Shown piece by piece: positions 18,871-29,531 of a DNA stretch of 64,000 nt (position 1 is the first letter of the stretch; the number at the start of each line of letters is the position of its first letter). The position numbers were made by a program, and so were the translations under genes. The notes below the pieces were generated by a model. It saw nothing but the letters and a program-made list of their open reading frames with translations. It did no database searches and was not told the DNA's origin. The DNA is from an uncultured delta proteobacterium (lineage in GTDB: Bacteria; Myxococcota; B64-G9), in assembly GCA_963754925.1 (NCBI GenBank), contig CAVWHX010000004.1, forward strand, positions 1,248,001 to 1,312,000. Direction: 5' to 3'.

Positions 18871-20820
18871 GTGGCCAAAGAGAAAGTGGTCAAGAAAAAG
18901 CTTGTCGGACCAACCCAGCGCTGGACGGTGGCCGACGCCAAAGATCTCTATCTCATCGATAAATGGGGTTTGGGTTTTTTTGACGTCAACAAGACCGGCA
19001 ACCTGGTTGTTCACCCAACCCGCAACCCTGCGCTCGGCTTTGATCTGAGGGAGTTGATCGAGGAGTTAATCGAGCGCGGCATTGACCCGCCTGTGTTGCT
19101 TCGCTTTACCGATATCCTGCGCGCCCGGATTGACGAGATAAACCACGCCTTCAACGAGTCCATCACCCAGTACGGGTATCAAGGCCGTTACCGCGGCGTC
19201 TACCCGATCAAGGTAAATCAACACCGCCAGGTGGTCGAGAACATAGTCGAATTTGGCCGGCCCTACGATTTCGGTTTGGAGGCCGGAAGCAAACCGGAGC
19301 TTCTGCTGGCAATCGCTTTACAAGACAATGATAAGGCCTTGATCGTTTGTAACGGTTACAAGGATCATGAGTACATTGAGACCGCTCTGTTTGCCACCAA
19401 GCTCGGTCGTCAGGTTATCATCGTGGTCGAGAAACTCACCGAGCTTGAGCTTATCCTGGCCGAATCCGAGCGCCTGGGGGTGCGACCCAATATCGGACTG
19501 CGGGTTAAACTTTCCAGCCAAGGGCGCGGCAAGTGGGAGGGTTCGGGCGGCGACCGCTCAAAGTTCGGGTTGTTTGTCTCGGAGCTGCTGCACGCGGTCG
19601 AGGTGCTGCGCGAGTGTAATTATCTGGGTTCGTTCCAACTATTGCATTTCCATCTCGGTTCACAGATAACCTCGATCCAAACCATCAAGGAAGCGCTGCG
19701 AGAAGCCACCAAGATATTCGTTGAACTGCACAAGCTGGGGGTGCCGCTGCGCATCATCAATGTGGGCGGTGGTCTCGCGGTCGACTACGACGGCTCGCAA
19801 ACCAACTTTGCCTCGAGCGCCAATTACACCCTCAAGGAGTACGCCGCGGACGTGGTGAGCGCGGTGTTTGAGGCGTGCCATGAGAACGGCATCCCCCACC
19901 CGGATATCGTCTCCGAGAGCGGCCGGGCGTTGGTGGCGCACCACTCGGCGGTGATCGTCGAGGTGCTGGGCACCACTGAAATGGGCGCTAATGAATTTGC
20001 GGTGCCGACCCTGGGCGAACCCCACGAGCTGCTCAAATCGATCATAGAAGTTGAGCGCACGTTCTCGCGCAAGAATTTCCAGGAGGCGTTTCACGATGCG
20101 GTGCAACTCAAGAACGAGGCGCTCAGCTTATTCAATCTCGGCTATCTCGACCTCAAGACGCGCGCCCAAGTTGAGTCGGTCTTCTGGAAGGTATGCCAGA
20201 AGATCCTCAAATTCATTCGTGAGCTCGAGCTCGACTACGTTCCCGACGAGCTCGAGGGGTTGGAGCTGTATTTCGCCGACACCTACTATGGTAATTTCTC
20301 GGTGTTCCAATCGGTCCCGGACCACTGGGCCGTCAAGCAGATGTTCCCGGTGTTGCCCATTCAGAGGCTCAACCAACGCCCAACCCGCCGAGCCACCTTT
20401 GCCGATATCACCTGCGATTCAGACGGCAAAGTGGACCAGTTTATCGATCTCCGCGATGTCAAGGACACCATCAATCTCCATAGTATTCGCGGCGATGAGC
20501 CATACTACTGCGGGATTTTTTTGACCGGCGCCTACCAAGAAATACTCGGCGACCTCCACAATCTGTTTGGGTTTACCAATACGGTGCACGTTTCGATCCT
20601 CGAAGACGGCGTCTATCAGATCGATCGGGTGATCCCGGGCGAAAACGTTTCGGAGGTGTTGGCCCAGGTGCAGTACACGAAGCCTGACCTGATGAACGCT
20701 ATGCGTAAAGCAGTCGAGATGGGGGTAGCCCAAAAGCGCATTACCCTAAAAGAAGCCAAGCAGATACTCACCCAGTATGAACAGGGGTTGGGCGGCTATA
20801 CCTATTTGGAGAAGGAGTAG
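18871..20820 (+). CDS. speA: Biosynthetic arginine decarboxylase
   Basis: VYPIKVNQ (PLP lysine), GLEAGSKPEL, CNGYKD, HFHLGSQI, DITCDSDG, GAYQEILGDLHNLFG. Confidence 0.96.
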   Translation: MAKEKVVKKKLVGPTQRWTVADAKDLYLIDKWGLGFFDVNKTGNLVVHPTRNPALGFDLRELIEELIERGIDPPVLLRFTDILRARIDEINHAFNESITQYGYQGRYRGVYPIKVNQHRQVVENIVEFGRPYDFGLEAGSKPELLLAIALQDNDKALIVCNGYKDHEYIETALFATKLGRQVIIVVEKLTELELILAESERLGVRPNIGLRVKLSSQGRGKWEGSGGDRSKFGLFVSELLHAVEVLRECNYLGSFQLLHFHLGSQITSIQTIKEALREATKIFVELHKLGVPLRIINVGGGLAVDYDGSQTNFASSANYTLKEYAADVVSAVFEACHENGIPHPDIVSESGRALVAHHSAVIVEVLGTTEMGANEFAVPTLGEPHELLKSIIEVERTFSRKNFQEAFHDAVQLKNEALSLFNLGYLDLKTRAQVESVFWKVCQKILKFIRELELDYVPDELEGLELYFADTYYGNFSVFQSVPDHWAVKQMFPVLPIQRLNQRPTRRATFADITCDSDGKVDQFIDLRDVKDTINLHSIRGDEPYYCGIFLTGAYQEILGDLHNLFGFTNTVHVSILEDGVYQIDRVIPGENVSEVLAQVQYTKPDLMNAMRKAVEMGVAQKRITLKEAKQILTQYEQGLGGYTYLEKE

Positions 20821-20828
20821 CCTGACGT

Positions 20829-22113
20829 ATGGAGCTGGTTAGATTTCCGCCCGGAGAGGTGGTGCTCGCGGATCGGCCTTTTCATGAGGCTATCTTCCCT
20901 GAGATCGACAATCTCCTGGTGCGTAACAAATGCCCTGATGGCCGGTTGGAGCTCGACGCAGGCGAGAAGCGCCTGACCTGCCTGATCCATAAATCAACCC
21001 CGCACTCTGCGGGGCTGCTCGATGGCGATTTGTTTTCATCGGTTGAGCTTAAGACTTCCCCGTCCTGGCGCGCCAAATGGAAGGCGCCCGGTGCACGCTG
21101 ACCAAAACCGATGCAATCCTGGTGCTCCTGATAGCCGTGCAATTTCGACATCGACCGGCCCTGCAAGCTACTACTGAGTTGGTTGATCCGAACCACGTTC
21201 TCGAGGTGTTGGCGCGCGAGGGACAGGATGCGGCGTTGGTGCTTGAACGCGGCGGGGCTCGCAGCCTGCTCTTCTTGCAGAAAGGGACTCCGGCCCGGTT
21301 GTACTTCGGTAGGCCCGACGACGATCCGGGCCAGGGCGATCCGCGGGAACGTTTCTTGGTTTATTCGTTCAATGCGTCGGCCGGGATAGGCAAGCTCGAG
21401 GTATACAAAAAGCTCAATATCGATCCCGATCCCGATGCCGGTGTGTGGCTCGCGCGCCTTGCCGAGGCGGCCAAACCGCCGCCGCCGGTCACGGTGCAGG
21501 TTCGTTTTGGCAGTCGCGTGGTCCTGCAGCGACCCTTTATGCCGCCGGCCATGACCATCGGGCGCGATCATCTGTGCGAGTTAATGTTCGATAACTTGAG
21601 CATCAGCCGCCGCCACGCCCGGCTCTCCTGGGAGCGCGGTCAATTTGTGGTCGAAGATTCTTAAGCATCAACGGCACGATGGTCAACGACAAGACTATCA
21701 CCCGCTCTCCCGTCGAGATCGGCGATCGTATCCAAACCGGCAAGTATGAGATTACCCTCTCGACGCTGCAGGAACAAAGCGACCCGAACTACACCGTCAT
21801 GATGCCCGCAAAGCAAGTTCAGGCGCAGGCTTTTCTGGTGGGCGCCGGGATGTGCTACCCGTTAGGTGTTGAGACGACCATCGGGAAGGCCCCGGGGGTG
21901 AACATCCGGGTGAAGGGCTGGTTCATCAAGCCCGTGCACGCCTACCTTTTAAATGAGTCGCCGGGGAGCTTTAAAATGCTTTGCAGCAACGGCGCGCGCG
22001 TGATCGTGAACGGCGCCAAGACCGACAGCTGCCTGCTCAACCCCGGTGATGAAATCAGAGTCGGACAATCTCGGTTCAAGCTGACGCTTGATCCCGATGA
22101 GATTGTTTGCTAG
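20829..22113 (+). pseudogene. Double-FHA domain protein interrupted by two single-base deletions (~21051 and ~21661); probably assembly errors
   Basis: Three collinear ORFs; the FHA motif IGR..SISRRHA..VEDS|SINGTMVN is split across frames; second FHA IGK..HA..VNG. Confidence 0.7.
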
Positions 22114-22184
22114 AGACTGTTAGCGAACGAAGTGAGCTTACAGTCTCTTGTCCCCTCGAGCGGAGCGAGAGGGGGCTAGTCTCT
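22112..22184. repeat. Paired REP-like hairpins with GA-RC-GRA-GY-GA loops
   Basis: AGAGACTGT..GAACGAAGTGA..ACAGTCTCT (22112-22148) and CCCCTC-GAGCGGAGCGA-GAGGGG (22152-22174), between convergent genes. Confidence 0.6.
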
Positions 22185-22215
22185 GGCACACCCGTTTATG
22201 CGCTGGCCCGTTTAT

Positions 22216-23397
22216 TTATTCTGCGTCGAGATACTGCCAGGCAAGATTGGCGAGCATTAAGATTCCATAGGGGAGCGCCGACGCGCCGAAATCAAACTGG
22301 GCGGTGTGCAGTTGGGCTCTGCAGCCGAGTCCAAGGCTGAACATGCATCCCGGAACGCCGCCTTGTTCGGTGAGGTAATAGGCGAAGTCCTCGCCGCCCA
22401 TGGTTTGCTCGTGAGCTTCGTGAACGTGGTCCGATCCCAAAAGCTCCCGGCCGACCGCGCGCACGAGTTCCATCAAGGTTGGATCATTGCTCACCCGCGG
22501 GTAGCCTTCTAAAAACTGAATTTCAGCCCGCGCCCCGAAGGCGGCTGCCGTGCCCGTGACGATGCGTCGCACCTCGTCGACCACCCGTGTTTGCACCGCG
22601 GGATCGCGCGTGCGGATGGTGCCCTGCAACACGGCTTCACGGGGGATGACGTTACGTTGCGCGCCGGCATGGAACGAACCGATCGTCACCACGGCGGATT
22701 CATACGGCGCCACTCGTCGACTGACAACCTGCTGGAGAGCCGTGACGAGGTGCGCTGCGATCGGAATCGGATCGATCCCCCGGTGGGGGTAGGCGCCGTG
22801 ACTTTCCACCCCCTGCACCCGCACGTCGAACGGATTGGTGGCGGCGCTCGGGATGGCATCGAGCTCGATGCTCCCCAGCGGGACCTCTGATCGGCCATGC
22901 AACGCGAAGATCGCTTCAATCGGAGGCTCGTCGCGCAGCACCCCGGCTGCTACCAAAACTTTGGCGCCGGCGCCTTCCTCTTCAGCGGGTTGAAAGATAA
23001 ACTTCACCTGGCCTGCGAGCTCGGCCCGTTGCTGCGCAAGCAGCCGGGCCGCGCCGAGCACCGCGGCGGTATGGCCGTCATGACCGCAGGCATGCATCAA
23101 CCCGGGCCGCACCGAGGCATAGGCAAGGCCGGTATCCTCGTCAATGGCCAAGGCATCCATATCGGCGCGCAGCGCTACGGTTTTTCCCGGGCGAACGCCG
23201 CGCAGAACCCCGACCACCCCGGTCCCGGCGACGCCGTCATGCACCGCGTCGAGGCCGAGGCTGCGCAACGCTTCGGCTACCATCGCGGCGGTATGGTGTT
23301 CGTCAAAGGCTCGTTCGGGGTAGCGGTGGAGCTCCTGGCGTAGACGCTCGGCCCAAGCGAGGGTTACGGAATCGACATCGCGGATGCAACGAGTCAT
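22216..23397 (-). CDS. M20D-family amidohydrolase
   Basis: LHRYPE, LRADMDAL, MHACGHDGH, FQPAEE, HGAYPH, GEDF. Confidence 0.92.
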   Translation of the reverse strand: MTRCIRDVDSVTLAWAERLRQELHRYPERAFDEHHTAAMVAEALRSLGLDAVHDGVAGTGVVGVLRGVRPGKTVALRADMDALAIDEDTGLAYASVRPGLMHACGHDGHTAAVLGAARLLAQQRAELAGQVKFIFQPAEEEGAGAKVLVAAGVLRDEPPIEAIFALHGRSEVPLGSIELDAIPSAATNPFDVRVQGVESHGAYPHRGIDPIPIAAHLVTALQQVVSRRVAPYESAVVTIGSFHAGAQRNVIPREAVLQGTIRTRDPAVQTRVVDEVRRIVTGTAAAFGARAEIQFLEGYPRVSNDPTLMELVRAVGRELLGSDHVHEAHEQTMGGEDFAYYLTEQGGVPGCMFSLGLGCRAQLHTAQFDFGASALPYGILMLANLAWQYLDAE

Positions 23398-23412
23398 CGC
23401 AACCGTTCGGTA

Positions 23413-24732
23413 TCATGGCCCGCCCGGTAGGATCAAGGTAAAACGCGCCCCGTCGTCCCATCCGGGAACCGGCGAAGCTACTTCGATGCGCCCGCCGTGC
23501 TCCTCGGTCACCATTTTACAAAATGTTAATCCGAGACCGTTGCCGCTCGCGAGCCCCAGGTTTTTGCTCTCCACCTGAAAAAACTTTTCAAACAGTCGTG
23601 GGAGCACCTCAGCCGGGATCACCCGACCGTGGTTGGTCAAGATCAGCCGCAACCCGGTGTCCTGTTCAGAGTACGCTCCAATGTGGACCTCGGTTCCGCG
23701 CTTGGCAAACTTTACCGCATTAACCAGCAAATTCACGACAACGCGGGTCATCAGGCCGCGATCCAGAAAGGCTTTGAGATTGGTTTGGCAGTCAAGCTCA
23801 AAACCGACCTTGCATGCCTGAGCCAAAACCTGCACCCGGTCCAACCCCTCCAAAATAATATCATAAATCGATGTCAACTCCCTATTCAGCGGGAGATAAC
23901 CGGCTTCCATGCGATTGACATCCAAGATGTTGGCAATGAGATCCTGCATTTCCTTGGCGGTGGAGGTTAAAATCTTAAGGGTGTGTTTCACCATCTCTGG
24001 TGGAATCTGTTCGATCTGGTTGCACTCAAAATACTCCAACCCCAATAATATCGTGCCCAGAGGGTTCTTCAAATCGTGGACCACCATCCGGGTCAGTGAT
24101 TCCTTGAGTTCGTCGATAGTTTGAAGTTGCGAATACTGCTCGGTCAGGTGCTTATTCAGATCCATGAGGTTCTTGGTGCGCGCCAAAACCTTCTGCTCCA
24201 ACGTTGCATTCAGATCTTTGATTCCTTTTGAAAGCCGGGCGTTTTCAAACGCCACCACCGTGAGGTCGGCCATGGTTGTCAGATACTCGAGGTCGTCCCT
24301 TTCGAACGCGTGTCCGGAACGCTTGGGCCCTACTGCAATGAGCCCAATTAGGCGCCGATTCATCTTGAGCGGTACCATGACCGCGACCGGCAGATTCAAT
24401 GCCGTGGGAATTTCGAACGCCCGATCGTGCTCAGCGAGCCCGATCTCGCTGAGGTACTCGGCCATACGTTGCGATGTCGGAGCCGCGTCCACGGGGTCAC
24501 CCGTGGGCACCTCTGAGAGTTTCCCGGTGCGCTCATCGTTGACGAAGACGTGTATCGACTCAACCGAAATTGCCCTGCCGATCATTGCTGTCAGGTTGTG
24601 CGACAGCGTTTGGAGTTCGCCCATGTCCGCCGAGGGGTAACTGCATTCGAGAGGAGGGACGCAGCGATCATCGGAATAACAGAAAAACAGTTGCCCGATT
24701 ACCTCCGCAATATCGATCTGTTTGTCTTTCAT
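23413..24732 (-). CDS. Cytoplasmic sensor histidine kinase (GAF-like + HisKA + HATPase)
   Basis: GPKRSG GAF-like segment; H-box VVHDLKNPL; N-box NLLVNAVKF; G2 GNGLGL. Confidence 0.88.
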   Translation of the reverse strand: MKDKQIDIAEVIGQLFFCYSDDRCVPPLECSYPSADMGELQTLSHNLTAMIGRAISVESIHVFVNDERTGKLSEVPTGDPVDAAPTSQRMAEYLSEIGLAEHDRAFEIPTALNLPVAVMVPLKMNRRLIGLIAVGPKRSGHAFERDDLEYLTTMADLTVVAFENARLSKGIKDLNATLEQKVLARTKNLMDLNKHLTEQYSQLQTIDELKESLTRMVVHDLKNPLGTILLGLEYFECNQIEQIPPEMVKHTLKILTSTAKEMQDLIANILDVNRMEAGYLPLNRELTSIYDIILEGLDRVQVLAQACKVGFELDCQTNLKAFLDRGLMTRVVVNLLVNAVKFAKRGTEVHIGAYSEQDTGLRLILTNHGRVIPAEVLPRLFEKFFQVESKNLGLASGNGLGLTFCKMVTEEHGGRIEVASPVPGWDDGARFTLILPGGP

Positions 24733-24933
24733 GTTGTTTCTCTCGTCCCGAACGTACCGATCAAAAGATCGGCGAGAGATCTCAACCCCCCCGTTGTTTA
24801 ATAATCTTTCTGGTGTTTCGACGAAAGACCAAAGCCCAACACGGGTATTTCGCCTTAAGATTACCTCGTATGTTTTTTTCTGTCAATTTCAGCGATACGT
24901 ATACTCAGACGGAAAAGAAATGAATTTGTTTGT

Positions 24934-25629
24934 TTACACATATAAAACGCACATAACGTAGGCATCGTAAAGGGTATGGGCATACACTGCTGGTGCAAAT
25001 CCTCGTAAGAGAAAGATCGCACCCAACATGACGCCCAGGAGCAGGCGATAGAGGAAACTTGGAAGTTCAAAAGGATCCGCCATCGCTCCCATATAATGAA
25101 CAGCCGAGAATGCGAACGCCGAGACCACCGTGGCAATACCATACGCAAGAAAGCGTTTCATCCCGCGGCTCGTAAAAAATCTGCCCAGGGCGCTCAAAAT
25201 CACCAAGCGAAAAATGAGCTCCTCGTAAAAACCAGCCCCGCATGAGGCGACCAGCCGGTCGAGCATTCCCATGTTTTTGACCACATCAATCGAGAGTACG
25301 TGGAGTTTTCTAAGAAAGAGATGCGCGGTTGGTCCCATTATCAACGCATACATACCTGATTCTATCAATAACCAAGGAAACGTATGCGGATCAAAGGTAC
25401 CGTGCCGACTGAGAATCCTGAGCGTCACGCCGTAGATGAGAATCAATGCGATCATTATCAGGAGATAGCGCTGCCAACTAAGGCCTAAGAGATATCCCAA
25501 GGAATGCGTGAAGGGGTCGACGCCGTTCGTCGCCTTCGGGCTTATCAGAAGCCCGATTTGGTAGAAGAGAAAAACTGGCGCCGCGAGAATAAGATTGTTC
25601 AGCACGTGAGGGGCTTTGTTAGTTTTCAT
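24934..25629 (-). CDS. CPBP (Rce1/Abi-like) intramembrane glutamic endopeptidase
   Basis: YEELIFR, FSAVH and HTLYD motifs; multiple TMs. Confidence 0.85.
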   Translation of the reverse strand: MKTNKAPHVLNNLILAAPVFLFYQIGLLISPKATNGVDPFTHSLGYLLGLSWQRYLLIMIALILIYGVTLRILSRHGTFDPHTFPWLLIESGMYALIMGPTAHLFLRKLHVLSIDVVKNMGMLDRLVASCGAGFYEELIFRLVILSALGRFFTSRGMKRFLAYGIATVVSAFAFSAVHYMGAMADPFELPSFLYRLLLGVMLGAIFLLRGFAPAVYAHTLYDAYVMCVLYV

Positions 25630-25734
25630 AGATGCCTATAAACACTAAACGATGAGTCTGGCGATACCGCCGACGGTTAGGATGCCCCGCCGCCATGGTA
25701 GTATCAGCACTATTAGATAAAAGATCGACTGTCG

Positions 25735-26232
25735 CTAATCTATTTGCAGGAACATCTCGCGCTTGGCATTGCAGATGGGGCAATTGTCCGGAGCCTTGCC
25801 CTCGGCCACGTAACCGCAAACCTGGCAAACAAAGTACGTGGTTTCGGTTTCACCCACCATGTGGTCGATGGCGTTTTTGTAGATCTTGGCGTGTATCTCT
25901 TCGACGTCGCGCGCCTGGCTAAAGGCGAGGCGCGCAGGCTCGTTGCCTTCTTCGTCGGCCGCCTGAATCATCGGCGGATAGGCATTTTCGCTGACATTCG
26001 TCTCGCTCTCGAAGCTGAATTTTAGGTTTTCCTCGGTTGATTGAATTATCTTCAGCAGCCGCAAAACCCGCAGCCCATGCACCCGTTCGGCGGCGGCGAT
26101 GGCGCGAAACATCTTGGCCATCTGCGGGTAGCCCTCGTCCGCCGCTTTCTGCGCAAAACCAAGTAAGCGCAACGCAGCCTTCGCCTCGCCGTCGAAGGCT
26201 TTTTTAAGATTGTCTTCGGTACGGGTTGCCAT
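25735..26232 (-). CDS. rbr: Rubrerythrin
   Basis: NLKKAFDGE, ExxH pairs, C-terminal CQVCG..CPIC rubredoxin knuckle. Confidence 0.9.
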   Translation of the reverse strand: MATRTEDNLKKAFDGEAKAALRLLGFAQKAADEGYPQMAKMFRAIAAAERVHGLRVLRLLKIIQSTEENLKFSFESETNVSENAYPPMIQAADEEGNEPARLAFSQARDVEEIHAKIYKNAIDHMVGETETTYFVCQVCGYVAEGKAPDNCPICNAKREMFLQID

Positions 26233-26234
26233 GA

Positions 26235-27542
26235 TCAGGCCTTTTTAGGTGGTTTGACCAACAAAGAGAGGATGACGCCGAGCATACAAGCGGCGCCGGC
26301 GATGACAAAGGGAGCCAACCATGCCGATGCGTCGGTGGCGCCCTTGGCCGAGTCTTTAAAATATCCGGCGATCTGCGGCCCGACGATGCCGGCAAGACCG
26401 TATGCTAAAAACACCCATCCATAGTTTAACCCAACTGTTTTGTTGCCGAAAAAGTCAGCCGTAGCGGCCGGGAACAGCGCGAAGTTCCCACCGAAATTAA
26501 AACCGATGATACAGGCCCCGACAATCAGCCCAACTTCTGACGAGCCGATATAATAAAATGAGAACATGGCGGCAGCCTGAAATAAGCACATCAACACGAG
26601 CGAAACCTTTCGGCCAATACGGTCGGAGACCGCTCCCCAGATGATTCGGCCGAGGCCGTTGAGGATGGCATACAGTGCCATCGCGGTGCCGGCGACAGCG
26701 GCGGCCTCCGCAACTGGTAAACCTTTGCCAAATTTGAGGGCGTCAATGCCGAATAAGCTAATGCACGAGATTACCATCAAACCCGCCAACCCAGAGCAAA
26801 CGAAGGTAAACCAGATCATGTAGAACTGGGGAGTGCGCAGCATCTCGCTCGAATTGAACTCAACCTGTCCGCTTGCTGCGTTACCTGTTCCCGGGGGAGG
26901 GGGCTCCCATCCCGCTGGTTTGAAACCGGCGGGCGGATTAATCATCACCAAACCTCCCACGACCACCATCAACAGAAAAATGATACCGTACAGTGCGTAG
27001 GTGGCCTGGACCGGGGGTAACCCAAATAGGTCAAGCGTATCAACAAAGTTGAACCACGAACCGCCGGCTTTCACCCAAATGGTCGCGCCGAATCCGAAAC
27101 CCGCCACCGCGAGCCCCGTAATTAAACCCTTAATGTCGGGGAACCACTTCACCAAAACGGCTATCGGCACTATGTAGGCCAAACCAATGCCCGAGCCGCC
27201 TATGAGCCCAATGAAAACAAGTTGCGGCCAGAACGAATTGCCCAGGAATCCTGCCAGGATATATCCAATCCCGAGGACAATACCTCCCAGAATCGCAATC
27301 TTACGGGGCCCAACCTTTGTTTGCCAGCGCCCAGCCAACACCATCACCACCGCGAAGGTTGCGATGCCAACCGAGAAGATCCATGCCGCTTCGCCGGCGG
27401 TGAACTTGTACAATCCAGTTTTGTCGGTTAGGGGCTTAGTAAATAAGGACCAGGCGTAGATCGCCCCCAAAGCCAATTGAATGAGAATGGCGCCAACAAC
27501 GGTAATCCATCGGTTCATTACTTTTGTTTCGGTTGCTGTCAT
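26235..27542 (-). CDS. OFA-family MFS transporter (oxalate/formate antiporter or lactate transporter-like)
   Basis: GAIYAWS, KWFPD.KGLITGLAVAGFG, NGLGRI.WG..SDRIGR, FGGNFALFP. Confidence 0.88.
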   Translation of the reverse strand: MTATETKVMNRWITVVGAILIQLALGAIYAWSLFTKPLTDKTGLYKFTAGEAAWIFSVGIATFAVVMVLAGRWQTKVGPRKIAILGGIVLGIGYILAGFLGNSFWPQLVFIGLIGGSGIGLAYIVPIAVLVKWFPDIKGLITGLAVAGFGFGATIWVKAGGSWFNFVDTLDLFGLPPVQATYALYGIIFLLMVVVGGLVMINPPAGFKPAGWEPPPPGTGNAASGQVEFNSSEMLRTPQFYMIWFTFVCSGLAGLMVISCISLFGIDALKFGKGLPVAEAAAVAGTAMALYAILNGLGRIIWGAVSDRIGRKVSLVLMCLFQAAAMFSFYYIGSSEVGLIVGACIIGFNFGGNFALFPAATADFFGNKTVGLNYGWVFLAYGLAGIVGPQIAGYFKDSAKGATDASAWLAPFVIAGAACMLGVILSLLVKPPKKA

Positions 27543-27715
27543 GTTTTCGCTCCCAAATTGACACGTGAGTCAGTTATTGAAGTTATTGTGCATCCCCTTA
27601 ACACAATGGATTGGCAGACGTCAAGTCATTAAGCTTGGTAATCCTATCTTGAAATCAGAAGGCTGTCAGTGATAGGGTGCGCAGGCAAGAACGCGTAAGC
27701 TTAGGAGGCAGTTAC

Positions 27716-28132
27716 ATGAAATCGACCACTGAGTATCTTACGTTTAACGTCCCGGCGCGTATGGATTTTGTCAACATAACCGCCGACGTTCAGCGCATCG
27801 TCAAACAGAGCGGAATCGCAGAAGGTTTGTGCCTGGTTAACGCCATGCACATCACCGCCAGTGTCTTCATCAACGACGACGAGCCTGGTCTGCATGAGGA
27901 CTACAAGGAATGGTTGGAGCGGCTCGCCCCGCACAGCCCCGAGCGCTACCGCCACAACCGTACCGGCGAAGATAACGGCGACGCCCACCATAAACGCCAG
28001 ATCATGGGACGCGAGGTGGTCGTGGCGGTGACGCGCGGCACGCTTGACTTTGGCCCCTGGGAGCGGATCTTTTATGGGGAGTTCGACGGCCGCCGGCCGA
28101 AACGGGTGCTGGTGAAAGTCATCGGCGAATGA
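27716..28132 (+). CDS. yjbQ: YjbQ/UPF0047 family protein
   Basis: [40 protein letters not shown]. Confidence 0.9.
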   Translation: MKSTTEYLTFNVPARMDFVNITADVQRIVKQSGIAEGLCLVNAMHITASVFINDDEPGLHEDYKEWLERLAPHSPERYRHNRTGEDNGDAHHKRQIMGREVVVAVTRGTLDFGPWERIFYGEFDGRRPKRVLVKVIGE

Positions 28133-28938
28133 AAATGCATGTCATGAATCAAGACGATATACGGTACCTGAGCGATCTCAATCTTGCCGATTTTACGAGA
28201 GAGCGAGCGCGGTGGAACGTTTCAAATGAGATCATAGAGCACGATGATTTGTTAATAACCAGAAGCACAAACCCGTCTCCCATCACCAATGTGGCCATGC
28301 TGCTCAGTCGCGGTGCCCCGCTTCCCGGCGGTGAAGTGCTCAATCGTATACGATCGTTCTATGCTCAACACCATTCAGGGTATAGCATTCATATCCGGAA
28401 GCATGTCGATGCTTCTCTGGAACAAGCCTGCCAAACGGAAAATATGTACCAACTCTCGGATGCTCCGGGGATGATGATTGATGAGACTATCCCAGAAAAA
28501 CCGTTACCGCAGGAATTTGAAATAAGACCGGTTGAGAATCCTTCGACTGCCGCTGATTTCGCATCAGTCGTGATTCAGAGTTATCAACGCCTTGGTATGC
28601 CGGCAGAAATTGGGTCTGAAATTTTCAAATCGTTTGAACGTAGTATCCGTCCTTACAATTATTCGGTTGTGGGTTATTTCAGAGGCAATCCCGCGTCGTG
28701 CGCCATGGCCTTCTTCGGACGTCTCGTCGCGGGAATATATTGGGTCGGCACTATTCGAGAAGCGCGGGGCCGCGGCATGGCCGAGGCGTGCACCCGCCGC
28801 GCGACCAACGAGGCGCTACGGCGCGGCGCGGCCTTTGTCGTTCTTCAAGCAAGTAAATTTGGCCGACCGCTATATCAACGCATGGGGTTTAAAGAGATTA
28901 CCACGTACCCGTGGTATATGTATATCCCGAAAGCGTGA
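28129..28938 (+). CDS. GNAT-family N-acetyltransferase
   Basis: GIYWVGT..ARGRGMA (acetyl-CoA motif A), LQAS..G..LYQRMGF. Confidence 0.85.
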   Translation: MKMHVMNQDDIRYLSDLNLADFTRERARWNVSNEIIEHDDLLITRSTNPSPITNVAMLLSRGAPLPGGEVLNRIRSFYAQHHSGYSIHIRKHVDASLEQACQTENMYQLSDAPGMMIDETIPEKPLPQEFEIRPVENPSTAADFASVVIQSYQRLGMPAEIGSEIFKSFERSIRPYNYSVVGYFRGNPASCAMAFFGRLVAGIYWVGTIREARGRGMAEACTRRATNEALRRGAAFVVLQASKFGRPLYQRMGFKEITTYPWYMYIPKA

Positions 28939-28971
28939 TGATCGTTGGTTCTCGGAAACAACTCTCGCGAC

Positions 28972-29373
28972 TTACTTTTTCTCCAACCAGTTCATGGCGT
29001 CGGCAGGATCATCGAATAGTTTTGTTTCAATGCCTTGGCTACAACATAACTCCGATAACAGTCTCATATTCATCTGGCCGACGACGGTTTTTGGAAGGAC
29101 AATGGCCCAATACTTCCATCCGGCTTTTACAACACGTCGAAACCAATTATTAGTGGCCCACTCTTGGTCTTCTTTAGGCAGTGCTGAATTTTTTCTGTCA
29201 TCAGACAACCATTTACTGGCGAAGTACCGTTCAAAAACGTCAACACCTTGATTCAAAGCATCTCGGAATTCCTCGCCATAGGTATATCTATGAAAGGTAT
29301 GGTGCAAGATTTTCTTGTCGGGATAATATTTCATGGTAATGGAATCGTTGTCTAGAACGGTAATCTCCGACAT
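28972..29373 (-). CDS. STAS/SEC14 (SpoIIAA-like) domain protein
   Basis: AGGAGG RBS; WLSDDR, WAIVLP, FDDPADAMNWL pattern. Confidence 0.65.
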   Translation of the reverse strand: MSEITVLDNDSITMKYYPDKKILHHTFHRYTYGEEFRDALNQGVDVFERYFASKWLSDDRKNSALPKEDQEWATNNWFRRVVKAGWKYWAIVLPKTVVGQMNMRLLSELCCSQGIETKLFDDPADAMNWLEKK

Positions 29374-29531
29374 TGGCCCGCCTCCTGGTGTAGCGATTTG
29401 TTCTTATATAGGTGTTGGGTATTAGTACCGATCCCTTTGTTGTAACATAATGATATGGTAGTATTTATTCCCAGTCTGATCAACTTTTCGGTAGCATTGA
29501 GGGTGATCGGACGCAATGGAATCAGGGAGAT

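Noticed and set aside
24934..25629. CPBP/'Abi' gene as an anti-phage defence system
   Set aside because: The family name is historical; it is a membrane protease family and there is no defence-island context here
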